Under the pieces are notes generated by a model. That model made no database searches and was not told where the DNA came from. It saw nothing but the letters and a program-made list of their open reading frames with translations. Made by a program: the position numbers and the translations under genes. From Dehalococcoidia bacterium (GTDB lineage: Bacteria > Chloroflexota > Dehalococcoidia > Lucifugimonadales > UBA3495), in contig CBDBMH010000002.1 of assembly GCA_965207275.1 (NCBI GenBank), forward strand, positions 985,101 through 1,049,100: 64,000 nucleotides of DNA, written 5' to 3'. This document shows, piece by piece, positions 9,900 through 19,800 of this stretch. The first letter of the stretch is position 1. Each line of letters opens with the position of its first letter.

Positions 9900-10124
9900 A
9901 TGGCCAGGAAGACCAAACTCATGCAGCGTGTAGAAAAGGAACACCAGCGGCCCCTGGAGAAGTTGCTACCCGAAATGGTCAACGAAAGAGGGCTGTCGAG
10001 TACCGCCGAGGAACTGGGCGTGAGCAAGGCTACTCTCGGGTACTGGTTGCTCAAACTTGGAATCAGCGTGCGCCGTGTAGCGCTGGCCCCGGGTGAGACC
10101 TTGGAGGTAAAGCGGGTAAGTTAA
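9900..10124 (+). CDS. small (74 aa) helix-turn-helix DNA-binding protein
   Basis: Inside ORF 9819-10124. The ATG at 9900 is preceded by AAGAGGAGGAG. The sequence LSSTAEELGVSKATLGYWLLKLGI looks like an HTH. The promoter overlaps the ORF-track start, so the shorter start is preferred. Confidence 0.6.
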   Translation: MARKTKLMQRVEKEHQRPLEKLLPEMVNERGLSSTAEELGVSKATLGYWLLKLGISVRRVALAPGETLEVKRVS

Positions 10125-10128
10125 ATCA

Positions 10129-10161
10129 CCTTCCGGCCTGGCATATTGCCGGAATTGAAGG
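10129..10161. repeat. TTCCGGC/GCCGGAA hairpin (REP-like)
   Basis: TTCCGGC (10131-10137) and GCCGGAA (10148-10154) flank a 10-nt loop just after the stop of the HTH gene. The two hairpins at 16001-16087 use the same stem. Confidence 0.4.
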
Positions 10162-10228
10162 GACCAGAATATGCCCTGATGGTGGATGTGATGAGAGGGA
10201 TGGTTAAGACTGTAGACCGATGCACTAA

Positions 10229-10262
10229 GCCGCCCGACCAATGGTTCGGGCGGCTTTCTCTT
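10229..10262 (+). terminator. rho-independent terminator
   Basis: GCCGCCCGA (10229-10237) pairs with TCGGGCGGC (10246-10254) and is followed by TTTCTCTT. Confidence 0.6.
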
Positions 10263-10487
10263 GGTGTGGAGTGAAGGGACTCACGCCTGTAAGGATTCTT
10301 GAACTTATTTTAGTTTTATGTCAATCACCTGACTCCTGCCCGGTCCTTTAATGGCTGGATTTGCGCGCTTTCGGCATGTTTATATACCTGTTCCCCGCTG
10401 AAACGCCCTCTATGCGCTTCCTGGGCAAAAGCGGTACATTTATGTCTACCACTTTTCCCTTTCGCAATGTACTGGCTTAGCAAAACT

Positions 10488-11600
10488 TCACCCCTGGAAT
10501 ATGTCCTCGGGCAGGAAAGCAGATACGGTGACGTTGGGAAGGTCCACAATGTTGCTTATCTTCAGGTCCACGGCCACGCTGCAAATAATGTAGGCCTGTT
10601 CCTTGCTCCATCCTCTCTCTTGCAGCAGCTCAATCATGTTTATTAGAGCATTCCTGGCTGCCAGCGTCAGGTGGTCCTCTCCTTCCTGTGTCCCATCAGC
10701 CCGGATGGGCATACCCATAGTGGCGGTGAAATTGCGGGGCGCGGCCCATTCAGGTGGCAGGAAATAGCCAGAGTGCGCGTACCTGGGAAACCGGATGTTA
10801 TGCCGGGCGGCTTCACCCTTGAGTACCCTGAATCGGACCGCCACAGTTGCTCCCATTTCAATTGCGGTAATGCAGCATTCCGAATCTCCCTGAGCGAAAT
10901 GGCCGTCGCCTGCTGAATAGAGGGCGCCATTTACGTTGACCGGAATCAAAAGCCGGGAACCTTTTGTAAGCTGTTTTGCGTCCACATTGCCGCAGTTTTC
11001 CCGGGGAGGCAATGTTCGCAGTCCCGTCTCTGCGACATCGCCGCCGGCGGGCACCGCGTCCTCCGGATCAGGGGGGGCGGCAGCGCCACCTCTCCTGACC
11101 AGGTCCGCTTCCCGCTCAGCCCACGCCCGTAACTGATCGTGGGAGGGGGCTATTCCAGCGGTACCCATGAAGGAACCGTCTATAATGCGCACCCCCGGTA
11201 TTTGAGGTGAAGCAGCCCACCCATCCTCAATTTGCCAATGGGCCAGGTACGGCTCAGTGAAAATATCCCTCAAGAATCCCGCTCCGGGACGGTTGCGGGT
11301 CCACCCGTTTGGCTGGGCAACCACGTCCAGGTATTCAATCTCCAACAGATCCCCGGGCTCCGCTCCCTTGACGTACACCGGACCGGTCAGAGGGTGGGCT
11401 ACTTTGGCATCCAGCCCCTCCAAGTCTGCCACCGTCATTCCGGGCTGAATCTGGCAGTCGGATGCGTCCCTGGTTTCCAGCACCACTTCTTCGCCCTCGT
11501 CCACCTCCAGGATCGGGGGAATGTCTGGGTGCCAGCGATTGTGGCCCTTTTCCGGTTGTTCCTTGAGCCGCTTGGCGCGGTCAATTTCCACGCTTTGCAT
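10488..11600 (-). CDS. acetamidase/formamidase family amidohydrolase
   Basis: 370-aa ORF with N-terminus GHNRWHPDIPP..VDEGEEVVLETRD and NCGNVDAKQL, typical of the FmdA/AmdA family. Confidence 0.8.
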   Translation of the reverse strand: MQSVEIDRAKRLKEQPEKGHNRWHPDIPPILEVDEGEEVVLETRDASDCQIQPGMTVADLEGLDAKVAHPLTGPVYVKGAEPGDLLEIEYLDVVAQPNGWTRNRPGAGFLRDIFTEPYLAHWQIEDGWAASPQIPGVRIIDGSFMGTAGIAPSHDQLRAWAEREADLVRRGGAAAPPDPEDAVPAGGDVAETGLRTLPPRENCGNVDAKQLTKGSRLLIPVNVNGALYSAGDGHFAQGDSECCITAIEMGATVAVRFRVLKGEAARHNIRFPRYAHSGYFLPPEWAAPRNFTATMGMPIRADGTQEGEDHLTLAARNALINMIELLQERGWSKEQAYIICSVAVDLKISNIVDLPNVTVSAFLPEDIFQG

Positions 11601-11900
11601 GTTGCTTACCGCCTTATGTAAAGCTTGTCAGGATGGAGGGATTCTATGTGTAGTCCGTAATCTGGTCAATGCTCCAGGTAAGGAGTCGACCCTGATACGG
11701 GAACGGTGTCATTATCACTTCATGGTGATGCCCGTTGGCGGTACTTGCTCACAATCCATTAACCGCCGTCCACCTTGACCCCCTTTTCGGGCAAGGTTAT
11801 CATCCCAAGAACCGTTGGAAGGGGCCTGAGCCGTTGTGAGCTACGGGCTTCTTTCCTACCCTTTCACTCCCCACCCTACCCTGTCAATTATGGAGGGCCC

Positions 11901-13619
11901 ATGCCGCAAGCTCACGAACTAATAGTCCAGTTCCTCGAAGAAGCGGGAATCGAGTATGTTTTCGGTATTCCCGGCGGGGGAACGGGCCAGATTTATAACC
12001 TCCTGGTAGGTCGGGAAGAGCGGGTGAAGGCCATACTTTGCCGCCACGAGCAAACCGCCGCCATTATGGCAGACGCTTATGCCCGAGCCACCGGTAAGCC
12101 TGCCGTGGTCATGGGGCAGGGCCTCTTTATTGGCTCCAATGCCAGCTTCGGAATTATGGAATCCATGCTCAGCAGTTCGCCCATGCTGGTACTAACCGAT
12201 ACTTCTGACGGCGGTTCTGCCCAGCATCCGGCTAACCAGTCGGGCGCGGGCGAATACGGCAGTATTGACCTGCCTACGATCATGAAGTCCATGACCAAGT
12301 ACACCACCCTGGCCACCAGCCCCAAGGAAGCAGCCCTGGGCACGCAGCTGGCCATCAAGCACGCCACCAGCGGACGGCCCGGTCCGGCAGCGGTAGTGAT
12401 GCGTTCGGCTTCCATCGCCGGCGAGGTGGATGTGGAGTCGCCTCCGTTTATCCACAACACGTCCGGATACCTGAGCACAACCAAGCCCCAGAGCGCTCCG
12501 CAGGACATCGAACGGGCGATAGAAATCCTTTCCTCCTCGCGCCGCCCGGTTATCATGGCTGGCAACGGTGTGCACCAGGCCAAGGCCCACGCCCAACTGC
12601 AGCAGCTTGCTGAATTGTGGGGGGCGCCGGTGGCCACCAGTTACAAGGGAAAAAGCGCCATTGCAGAAACTCATCCCCTGTCGGTGGGCATGGCCGGGGT
12701 TTACGGTCAGGAAGCGGCCAATAGGGCGGTGGGGGATGCGGATACGGTCATAATTGTGGGGGCCAAGCTCAGCCCCCAGGACACCGTCCGCGAACGCCCT
12801 AGTGTGTTTGACCCGCACCGCCAGCGGATCATCCAGATAGACATTGATGACCGCAATGCCGGCTGGACGCTTCCCGTGGAGTTGGGCCTTATCGGCGATG
12901 CTGGAAGTATCCTGAGCCAACTGGTAGAGGCTTCAGGAGCGGCTGCCCAGGACTCGGTCGCTAATCGGCAGGAATGGACCGACAGTATGCCAAGGCGAAA
13001 GGAAGCGGATGGATTCTATGAAGACCCGGCCATGCATCTGGACTCTTCTCCCGTAATGCCACAGCGGCTGGTGGCCCTTCTGAGAGAGACGATGCCGGAC
13101 AACACCGTATACGCGCTGGATGCCGGCAACAACCGCACCTGGATGGCCCACTTCTACCAGTCGGCCCAGGCGAACACTTTCTTTGCGCCCGGTGGCACGG
13201 CTGGAATGGGCTGGGGCCTGCCGGCCGCCGTCGCCCTGAAGCTGGTATACCAGGACCGGCCCGTGGTCGGTGTGACCGGTGACGGTGGTTATATGATGAC
13301 AGTAAACGCCCTCTCCACCGCCATGCAGTATCAACTGCCCCTGATCTGCATCGTCTTCAACGACAACGCCCTCGGCATGGTGCGCCATCATCAACCGGAA
13401 GGCAGGCGCATCGCCTCGGAGTTCATTGAAACCGACAACTCTGCCGTGGCCCGCGGATTTGGCTGTTTTGGGGTGCAGGTTAGTGATTCCAGGGACCTGC
13501 CCGGGGCCCTCCGGGATGCCCAGGCCTCCGGTCTGCCTTCGGTTATCGACGTTATTATCGACCGCGGCCCGTCCCCGGACGACTGGCGGGCCGACCTCAG
13601 GACCGCTGGGGAGACTTAG
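11901..13619 (+). CDS. thiamine-diphosphate-dependent enzyme, acetolactate synthase large-subunit family
   Basis: ORF 11775-13619. The ATG at 11901 follows GGAGGG. Sequence includes LIVQFLEEAGIEYVFGIPGG and the TPP motif GDGGYMMTVNALSTA...NDNALG. Confidence 0.8.
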   Translation: MPQAHELIVQFLEEAGIEYVFGIPGGGTGQIYNLLVGREERVKAILCRHEQTAAIMADAYARATGKPAVVMGQGLFIGSNASFGIMESMLSSSPMLVLTDTSDGGSAQHPANQSGAGEYGSIDLPTIMKSMTKYTTLATSPKEAALGTQLAIKHATSGRPGPAAVVMRSASIAGEVDVESPPFIHNTSGYLSTTKPQSAPQDIERAIEILSSSRRPVIMAGNGVHQAKAHAQLQQLAELWGAPVATSYKGKSAIAETHPLSVGMAGVYGQEAANRAVGDADTVIIVGAKLSPQDTVRERPSVFDPHRQRIIQIDIDDRNAGWTLPVELGLIGDAGSILSQLVEASGAAAQDSVANRQEWTDSMPRRKEADGFYEDPAMHLDSSPVMPQRLVALLRETMPDNTVYALDAGNNRTWMAHFYQSAQANTFFAPGGTAGMGWGLPAAVALKLVYQDRPVVGVTGDGGYMMTVNALSTAMQYQLPLICIVFNDNALGMVRHHQPEGRRIASEFIETDNSAVARGFGCFGVQVSDSRDLPGALRDAQASGLPSVIDVIIDRGPSPDDWRADLRTAGET

Positions 13620-13809
13620 GTCGACTCCCTATCTCTTTAGAACCATGAAGCGAACGGGGAAGGGCAGGTCTGCAGCCTGCCCCTTTCTCTTTACCTGCTA
13701 CCGGAACGTTGAGAGCATGGCCGAATTTGGGTATATTGCCCTTGTGCCCAGCTTACCGCGGCCCCAGTTTCCCAGTGTTGGATAAATTCGTGAAGCAGTG
13801 AGGATTCCC

Positions 13810-15936
13810 ATGGCAACTTGGACCGAAGCCCAGATGTCTTCCATAGACAAAATGCTGAATCCCAAATCCGTCGCCGTAGTAGGCGCTACTCCCCGCATGC
13901 AATACGGCGGCCGTTTTTTGAACGCCATGCTGAAGGCCAATGACCGGGTGAACATCTACCCGGTAAACCCTCGCTACGATGAAATCATGGGTGTCCAGTC
14001 CTATCCCAGCGTATCGGACTTGCCCGAGGCGCCGGACCTGGTGGGAATAGTGGTGCCCTACCACCAGGTGCTCAGCGTCCTGCAGGAGAGCCACGCCAAG
14101 GGAGCCAAATCGGCCATAGTTATTTCTGCGGGATTTTCCGAGCGTGACGTTGACGACCGCCGGGACCTCCAGGCGGAGGTAGGCGCATTTGCCAGGGAAT
14201 CGGGTATTCGCATTTGCGGCCCCAACTGTCTTGGAGTTGCTAACGTACAGGCCGACATCTGGCCCTCCGCTTCTTCCCGCGGTTCCGATGGTCTGAGCGG
14301 GCCTATTGGCCTGGTCTGCCAGAGTGGGGCTTCCGCTTTTGGGCCCTTTCTGACCCGTGCCGTCGAAGAAGGCATCGGCCTCAGCCACATCATTTCCACG
14401 GGGAACGAGGCTGATCTTGATTTTTGCGATTTTGCGCGTTACCTGCTGGACCAGGATTCGGTGAAGGTAATAGCCGGCTTTGTAGAGGGATTCAAGGACG
14501 CCCGAAAGCTGGTCGAAGTTGCCAAGGTGGCGGCGGAGAAAAGGAAACCCATCGTCCTGATCAAGATAGGACGTTCCGACCTGGGCTCCCGCGCTGCCCG
14601 TTCCCATACTGCCGCCCTTACGGGATCTGATGCCTTGTACGACGAAATATTTGCCCAGTACGGCATCACCAGGGTTCAAGATTATGACGAATTGCTGGAG
14701 GTGTCGCAGTTGCTGGCCCACACCGGCAAACCCGCTCAACCGGGCATTGCGGTGGTGTCACATTCCGGTGGAATCAGCTCGCTCACGGCGGATATGTGCG
14801 GGCAGGCGGGCCTGGATTTGCCACCACTCACAGAGGAGGCCAGGGACGGCATTAACGACGTGCTAAAGGGCTTTGGTTGGGCGGCCAACCCCTCTGACGT
14901 AACCGGATTTGCCAACAGCGACTCCTTCCCGGAAATCATGCGCCACATGAGTGAACAACCGCAGATTGGTACCCTTGTGGTGGCCAGCGCCGGGTCCGAC
15001 ACCCAGGCCGAACAGGTAATTGCCCAGCGGGACATTAGCGAACGTGGTTTGGCATTCCTCTGGACCGGCACTCGTTCCGCCACCGCCGGCCTTTCCAAGC
15101 TGAAAGAGGCAAGGATACCCATATTTTACGTCCCGGATAAACTGGCCCTGGGCCTCAAAACCCTACTCGGATACCACAATTGGCTGGATAGAAGGATTTC
15201 GCAGGGATTTGGAACTGTTTCGGCGATGAGCGAAGATCAGAGTTCCAATGTTAATGAACTCAGGCAAGAAAAAGGTAACATATTGTCGGAATCCAAAAGT
15301 AAAAAGCTGATTTCTGCCTGGGGGATACCCATAACTCGCGAAATTCTGGCCGAAAATGCGGCTGAGGCGGTGCGGGCGGCAGGGGAAGTCGGCTATCCGG
15401 TGGCCCTGAAAGTGGATTCATCGGACATATTACACAAGACCGAGGCGGGAGTGATTCGCCTGGGCCTGAGGGACTCTGACCAGGTTACGGCTGCCTATGA
15501 GGAGATTATGTCAAGCGCCGCCCAGGCAGTTCCCGGGGCCCACATTAACGGTGCCCTCGTGCAGGAAATGGTCTCGGGAGGAGTCGAAGTGATCGTGGGA
15601 ATTTCCTACGATGGTCAACTGGGTCCCGTGCTTCTGTTTGGCACCGGTGGCGTGATGGTGGAGGTATATAACGATGTCGCTCTTCGTCAGTGCCCCATCA
15701 CCAGGGTGGAGGCGCTGGACATGGTGGATCAAGTCAAGGGGTCCCGCCTGCTAAAGGGCTTCCGGGGCGCTCCTCCGGCAGACGTGGATGCCCTGGCAGA
15801 TGTCCTGGTGAGGGTCTCTCAAATGGCAGCCCAGCTGGAAGGAACCCTGGCTGAACTGGACATCAATCCCCTGATGGTCTTGCCCCAGGGGCAGGGCGTA
15901 AAGGCGGTGGATGCGTTGGCCCTCCTCAAGGAATAG
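13810..15936 (+). CDS. ADP-forming acyl-CoA synthetase (CoA-binding + ATP-grasp fusion)
   Basis: ORF 13798-15936 with PKSVAVVGAT (CoA-binding), GPNCLG and a C-terminal ATP-grasp region (GYPVALKVDS..HKTEAGV). The ATG at 13810 is preceded by GAGGA. Confidence 0.8.
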   Translation: MATWTEAQMSSIDKMLNPKSVAVVGATPRMQYGGRFLNAMLKANDRVNIYPVNPRYDEIMGVQSYPSVSDLPEAPDLVGIVVPYHQVLSVLQESHAKGAKSAIVISAGFSERDVDDRRDLQAEVGAFARESGIRICGPNCLGVANVQADIWPSASSRGSDGLSGPIGLVCQSGASAFGPFLTRAVEEGIGLSHIISTGNEADLDFCDFARYLLDQDSVKVIAGFVEGFKDARKLVEVAKVAAEKRKPIVLIKIGRSDLGSRAARSHTAALTGSDALYDEIFAQYGITRVQDYDELLEVSQLLAHTGKPAQPGIAVVSHSGGISSLTADMCGQAGLDLPPLTEEARDGINDVLKGFGWAANPSDVTGFANSDSFPEIMRHMSEQPQIGTLVVASAGSDTQAEQVIAQRDISERGLAFLWTGTRSATAGLSKLKEARIPIFYVPDKLALGLKTLLGYHNWLDRRISQGFGTVSAMSEDQSSNVNELRQEKGNILSESKSKKLISAWGIPITREILAENAAEAVRAAGEVGYPVALKVDSSDILHKTEAGVIRLGLRDSDQVTAAYEEIMSSAAQAVPGAHINGALVQEMVSGGVEVIVGISYDGQLGPVLLFGTGGVMVEVYNDVALRQCPITRVEALDMVDQVKGSRLLKGFRGAPPADVDALADVLVRVSQMAAQLEGTLAELDINPLMVLPQGQGVKAVDALALLKE

Positions 15937-16000
15937 GCACAAATCCGCAGAAACCGCCAATCTGTATAGGCGGTGTCGTCAAAAGGGCGATATCTCGTCA

Positions 16001-16087
16001 TTCCGGCGAAAGCCGGAAACTAGCGCCAGCATCCGATGTCGGAACGTTCGCCACAAATTGCCGGGATTCCGGCTCGGGGGCCGGAAT
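16001..16087. repeat. two REP-like hairpins sharing the stem TTCCGGC/GCCGGAA
   Basis: TTCCGGCgaaaGCCGGAA spans 16001-16018 and ATTCCGGCtcggggGCCGGAAT spans 16066-16087. Both sit in the convergent intergenic gap after the acyl-CoA synthetase gene. Confidence 0.45.
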
Positions 16088-16180
16088 AACAGGATAATTG
16101 ACGACAGGCCCAAGGGCGGTACATCGGGGCCCGACAATTCAATTGCTTCCTCGGTCCCTGGTCCACTCCTTTCGGCTTGT

Positions 16181-16615
16181 TCAATCGCGCTGCTGCAGAA
16201 CGTTTCCCGCCAGATCCGTAATGTGATCGATCTTGACCAGGACGGCGGCGCCCGCGCGTTCCGGATCACGGTCAAGTTCCGCCTGCACGGTGCGGTACAT
16301 CACGTTGTTCCGGATTGCTCCGGACTCGTACACCGCAGCGGTGCCGTGGAAACGCCAAGTAACGTGCAGGGCCGAATTCCGGTAGAAGATCACCACGTGG
16401 GGGTTGGCCGCCACGTTCTCCAAGGCCGATCTCTTGGCCCTTTCCCAGTAGGCCAATGTTTCCCGATCGAAAACCATCACGCTGCCCTTCATGCTGATCT
16501 GTGGCCTCCCGTCTGCCGTGGCTGTGCCCAATAGACAGGTGCAACCGTCATCCATTGCGCTGTACAGGAGTTGTCTCATCTCGTCGCCAAGGTAAATCAT
16601 GCCTTCACCGCCCAC
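16181..16615 (-). CDS. pyridoxamine 5'-phosphate oxidase-like (split-barrel flavin-binding) family protein
   Basis: 144-aa ORF. CLLGTATADGRPQISMKGS and the overall size fit the PNPOx-like fold. The start is uncertain (GTG 16615 or ATG 16600). Confidence 0.55.
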   Translation of the reverse strand: MGGEGMIYLGDEMRQLLYSAMDDGCTCLLGTATADGRPQISMKGSVMVFDRETLAYWERAKRSALENVAANPHVVIFYRNSALHVTWRFHGTAAVYESGAIRNNVMYRTVQAELDRDPERAGAAVLVKIDHITDLAGNVLQQRD

Positions 16616-16803
16616 TTTACATCGCTAGTGCTTCGATTACAGGGTCCCCGCTTGTGATTCGATCAGGTTGGAGTCCAAATATAGTATAATGCGGGCCAAT
16701 CGCCATAGGATCCGTCCCGCGATTTTCCCGTGTTGGGAAGTTCCTGTAAGCGGAATTTGCTTGCAAACATCCTCTCCAAGCCTTTTATTGATGGAGTCTT
16801 TCC

Positions 16804-19800
16804 TTGCTTAAGCGCCTGGAAATTCGCGACATTCCCGAGTCCAGCCAGTTACAGCTGTCATTAAGGACCGACGATGGCCTGTGGGCCGCTCCCCCCGTTC
16901 AGTTTCGCAATCCTTTGGAAGCCGCCGACCGGTCCGAAATTTCGTGGTACTTCCAGGAATACCCTGAGTACCCCTTTGGCGCCGCCAGGCAACGGGCGGA
17001 GGCGGTGGAGAATGGCTTTCGTAATTTTGGCCGTCTCCTCTTCGAAATAGTCTTTGGTTCCGAGTCATCCAGGGAGTTGTTGGACTCGGCCTCGCAAGGC
17101 GGTTGGGCCGACATTCAACTTTCCGTAATCTCCGCCCGCGCAGACTTCCATTCTCTACCCTGGGAGCTTCTAAACAGCCCGGAAACGGGATATTTGTCAG
17201 CATCGGTTGGTTCGATTGTTCGCCAACACAGCGATGTACAGCCTGAAGTTTTCGAACATACCCTCAGCAGCCAACAGTTGAACGTTCTGGTATCCACGCC
17301 CTGTGGCGAGGGAGAGGGGGCAAATTATTCTGGAGGTCTGGCCCCTTCACTGGTGCCTGTAATGGAATCCCTGGACGTTCAGGTGGAGCTCGACTTTGTG
17401 CGCCCGCCTTCTCTTGAGGCCCTCGCGGGAATCCTTGAAGCAAAGCCGTACCATTACCATTTACTACATTTGGACGGCCTGTTGCTCGATTCTCAAGGCA
17501 ATCTTTTGCTGGAGGAAGAGAACTCTGTTCTCGCACCGGTGGCCCCTGCCGAGTTGGCGGGCGTCGCAACAAGGGCCGGTATACCCTTAGTGGTCCTGTC
17601 GGCTGGTGACCGCGGCGCCAGACCTGAAGCCCAAGGCCGGGGCTGGGAAGATCTGGGCCACAACCTTATTCGGTCGGGAGTGCCGGCTGTCGTAGTTCTT
17701 CCCCATTTCATGCGGGGAACCCCGGCGGCCGAAGGTTTTCTGCGCCGCTTCTACCAGGGTTTGTCAGGTGGTTCCGAAGCAGGGGCGGCCTTGGCGGTGG
17801 CCCGGACCTGGATGATGGAGGAGCCTCACCGGCCAACGGTCGCAGGGCCACAAGTCTCCTGGGACTGGATTACTCCCACCATATACCAGCGATCCACTTA
17901 TGTTCCGCCGGTCATCGAGGCAGAACGCCCCAACCCCCTGGCGGCGCCTGTGATACAGCCGCAGCCCGAACAGGAAGCCGAGGGCCAGTTTCCCGCAGCT
18001 GGCCAGTACGGGCTGGTAGGCCGTCAGCCCGAAATAGCGCGGCTGGAACGGTTGCTGCAAACCAATGCGGTAGTCCTGATGTCCGGTAATACCGGCGTCG
18101 GCAAAACGGAAGTGTCCCTTGGCCTGGCCCGTTGGCTCAACAAGACGGGGCGCGGCCTGTATCCAGGGGGAATCTTCTACACTCCCTTTGAGGCAGCCCA
18201 CTCCGCCAGTCTTGAAAGGGTCATTCACGAAATTGGCACCGCCGTGCTGGGCCTGAGGTTCGCGGACCTGAACGGGGAAAGACAGCGGGGCTGGGTGATT
18301 GAATACCTGAGAGAACAACCGTCCTTGCTGATTCTGGATGGCGCCGAGAACATCGACGGCTCTCTATCCGGCGCGGCAGGCTTGCTCGATGAGCGGGAAC
18401 AGGAAGAACTGGCGAAATTCATTGAGGAGTTCACCAGGTCTGGACCCAGCCGCGTCCTGTTGAGCAGCAGAACCACTCACGCCGGTTGGCTGGACATGCC
18501 ATATGGACTTATGACCCTTGAGGGACTGGACCGCTTCGACCGCAACGACCTGGCGGCCGTTATCCTGACCAAAGCCGGTGTCGCCCCGGACCGCATCAAT
18601 GAGGAAGTTTCAACCCTTTTGGCCGATATCCAGGGGCACCCACTGGCTTGCCAGATTGCGCTACCTTTGCTGAAAGAAGTGCCCGCTTCGGTGATTCGCA
18701 ATGAATTGAATGTGGGCCTGACTCAATTGCCCGCATCTGCGGTAGAAGAAGGCAGGGACAACTTCCTTACTGCGTTGCTGGAATATTCCTGGAGCAAGAT
18801 GTCCCACCGCAGCCGCACGCATCTGCCTTTCCTATCCCTTTTCCAGCGCCGGGTCATGATGGACATTCTGACCCACATCACCCAGGAGTCAGCCTACCGG
18901 GGCGCCATGGGCGAGGAATTAGGTTGGGGCGCCTGCCGGACCCTGCTCCGTTCGGGTCTGTCGTCGGGATTTCTGGATCCCATATCCCCCAGCGTGTATC
19001 AGATTCATCCTGCCCTGCCAAGCTTCCTTGGTTCCAAGCTGGGGCGCCAGCTGCGCGCGGATGCCATCGGCCGCCTGGAAGCGGAATTTGTTCGCGTCTA
19101 CGCCGATACCGCCGACTACTTCATGGAGTCTCTTTACGAGAACCAGGACTCCGGCGCAACCGCAGTCCTGGCGGAAGAAGGAAACCTTAACCAGAGCATG
19201 GGACTGGCCCTGGAAGCTAAGCAGTGGGACAACGCCCAGCTTATTCTGCAACCGTTGGCCCAGGTCTACCGGATGCAGCGGCGCATCCCCGAGCTCCGGC
19301 GACTTCGTGGTCAGTTGCTTGAGGCAATCGGAGGTGATGCCGAAGCGGCGAAGGAAGCCGGCGCCATCGATCTTTGGCTTTATCTGCTGGGAACCGACGT
19401 CAGTGAGTCCGTCGAGCAGGGCGACGTCATCCGAGCCCAGGAGCTAAACCAGCAGCTTTCCGACTATTTGACCGTCCAGCCTGACGCCTACACAGACCCC
19501 AGAGTAGCTTCCGTTTACCACCAGTTTGGGGCCATTGCCCTGCTTTACCGCCGGCTTGACGAGGCCGCTGGCTGGCTCCAGCGGTCCCTGGACATCATAG
19601 AGGGCGGTGAGGACCGTTCCGCAGTGGCCGACGACTATTTTGCCCTTGGCCAGGTCCGCCAGTACCAACGCCTGTATACAGAGGCCAAGGAGTGGTACAG
19701 CAAGGCCCTTGACATACACCAGCGCCTTCCCGACGAAGAGGAAATGGTGAAGGACTTTCGCGCCCTGGGCATGGTCACACAGCTCAAATTCGAGCATAAA

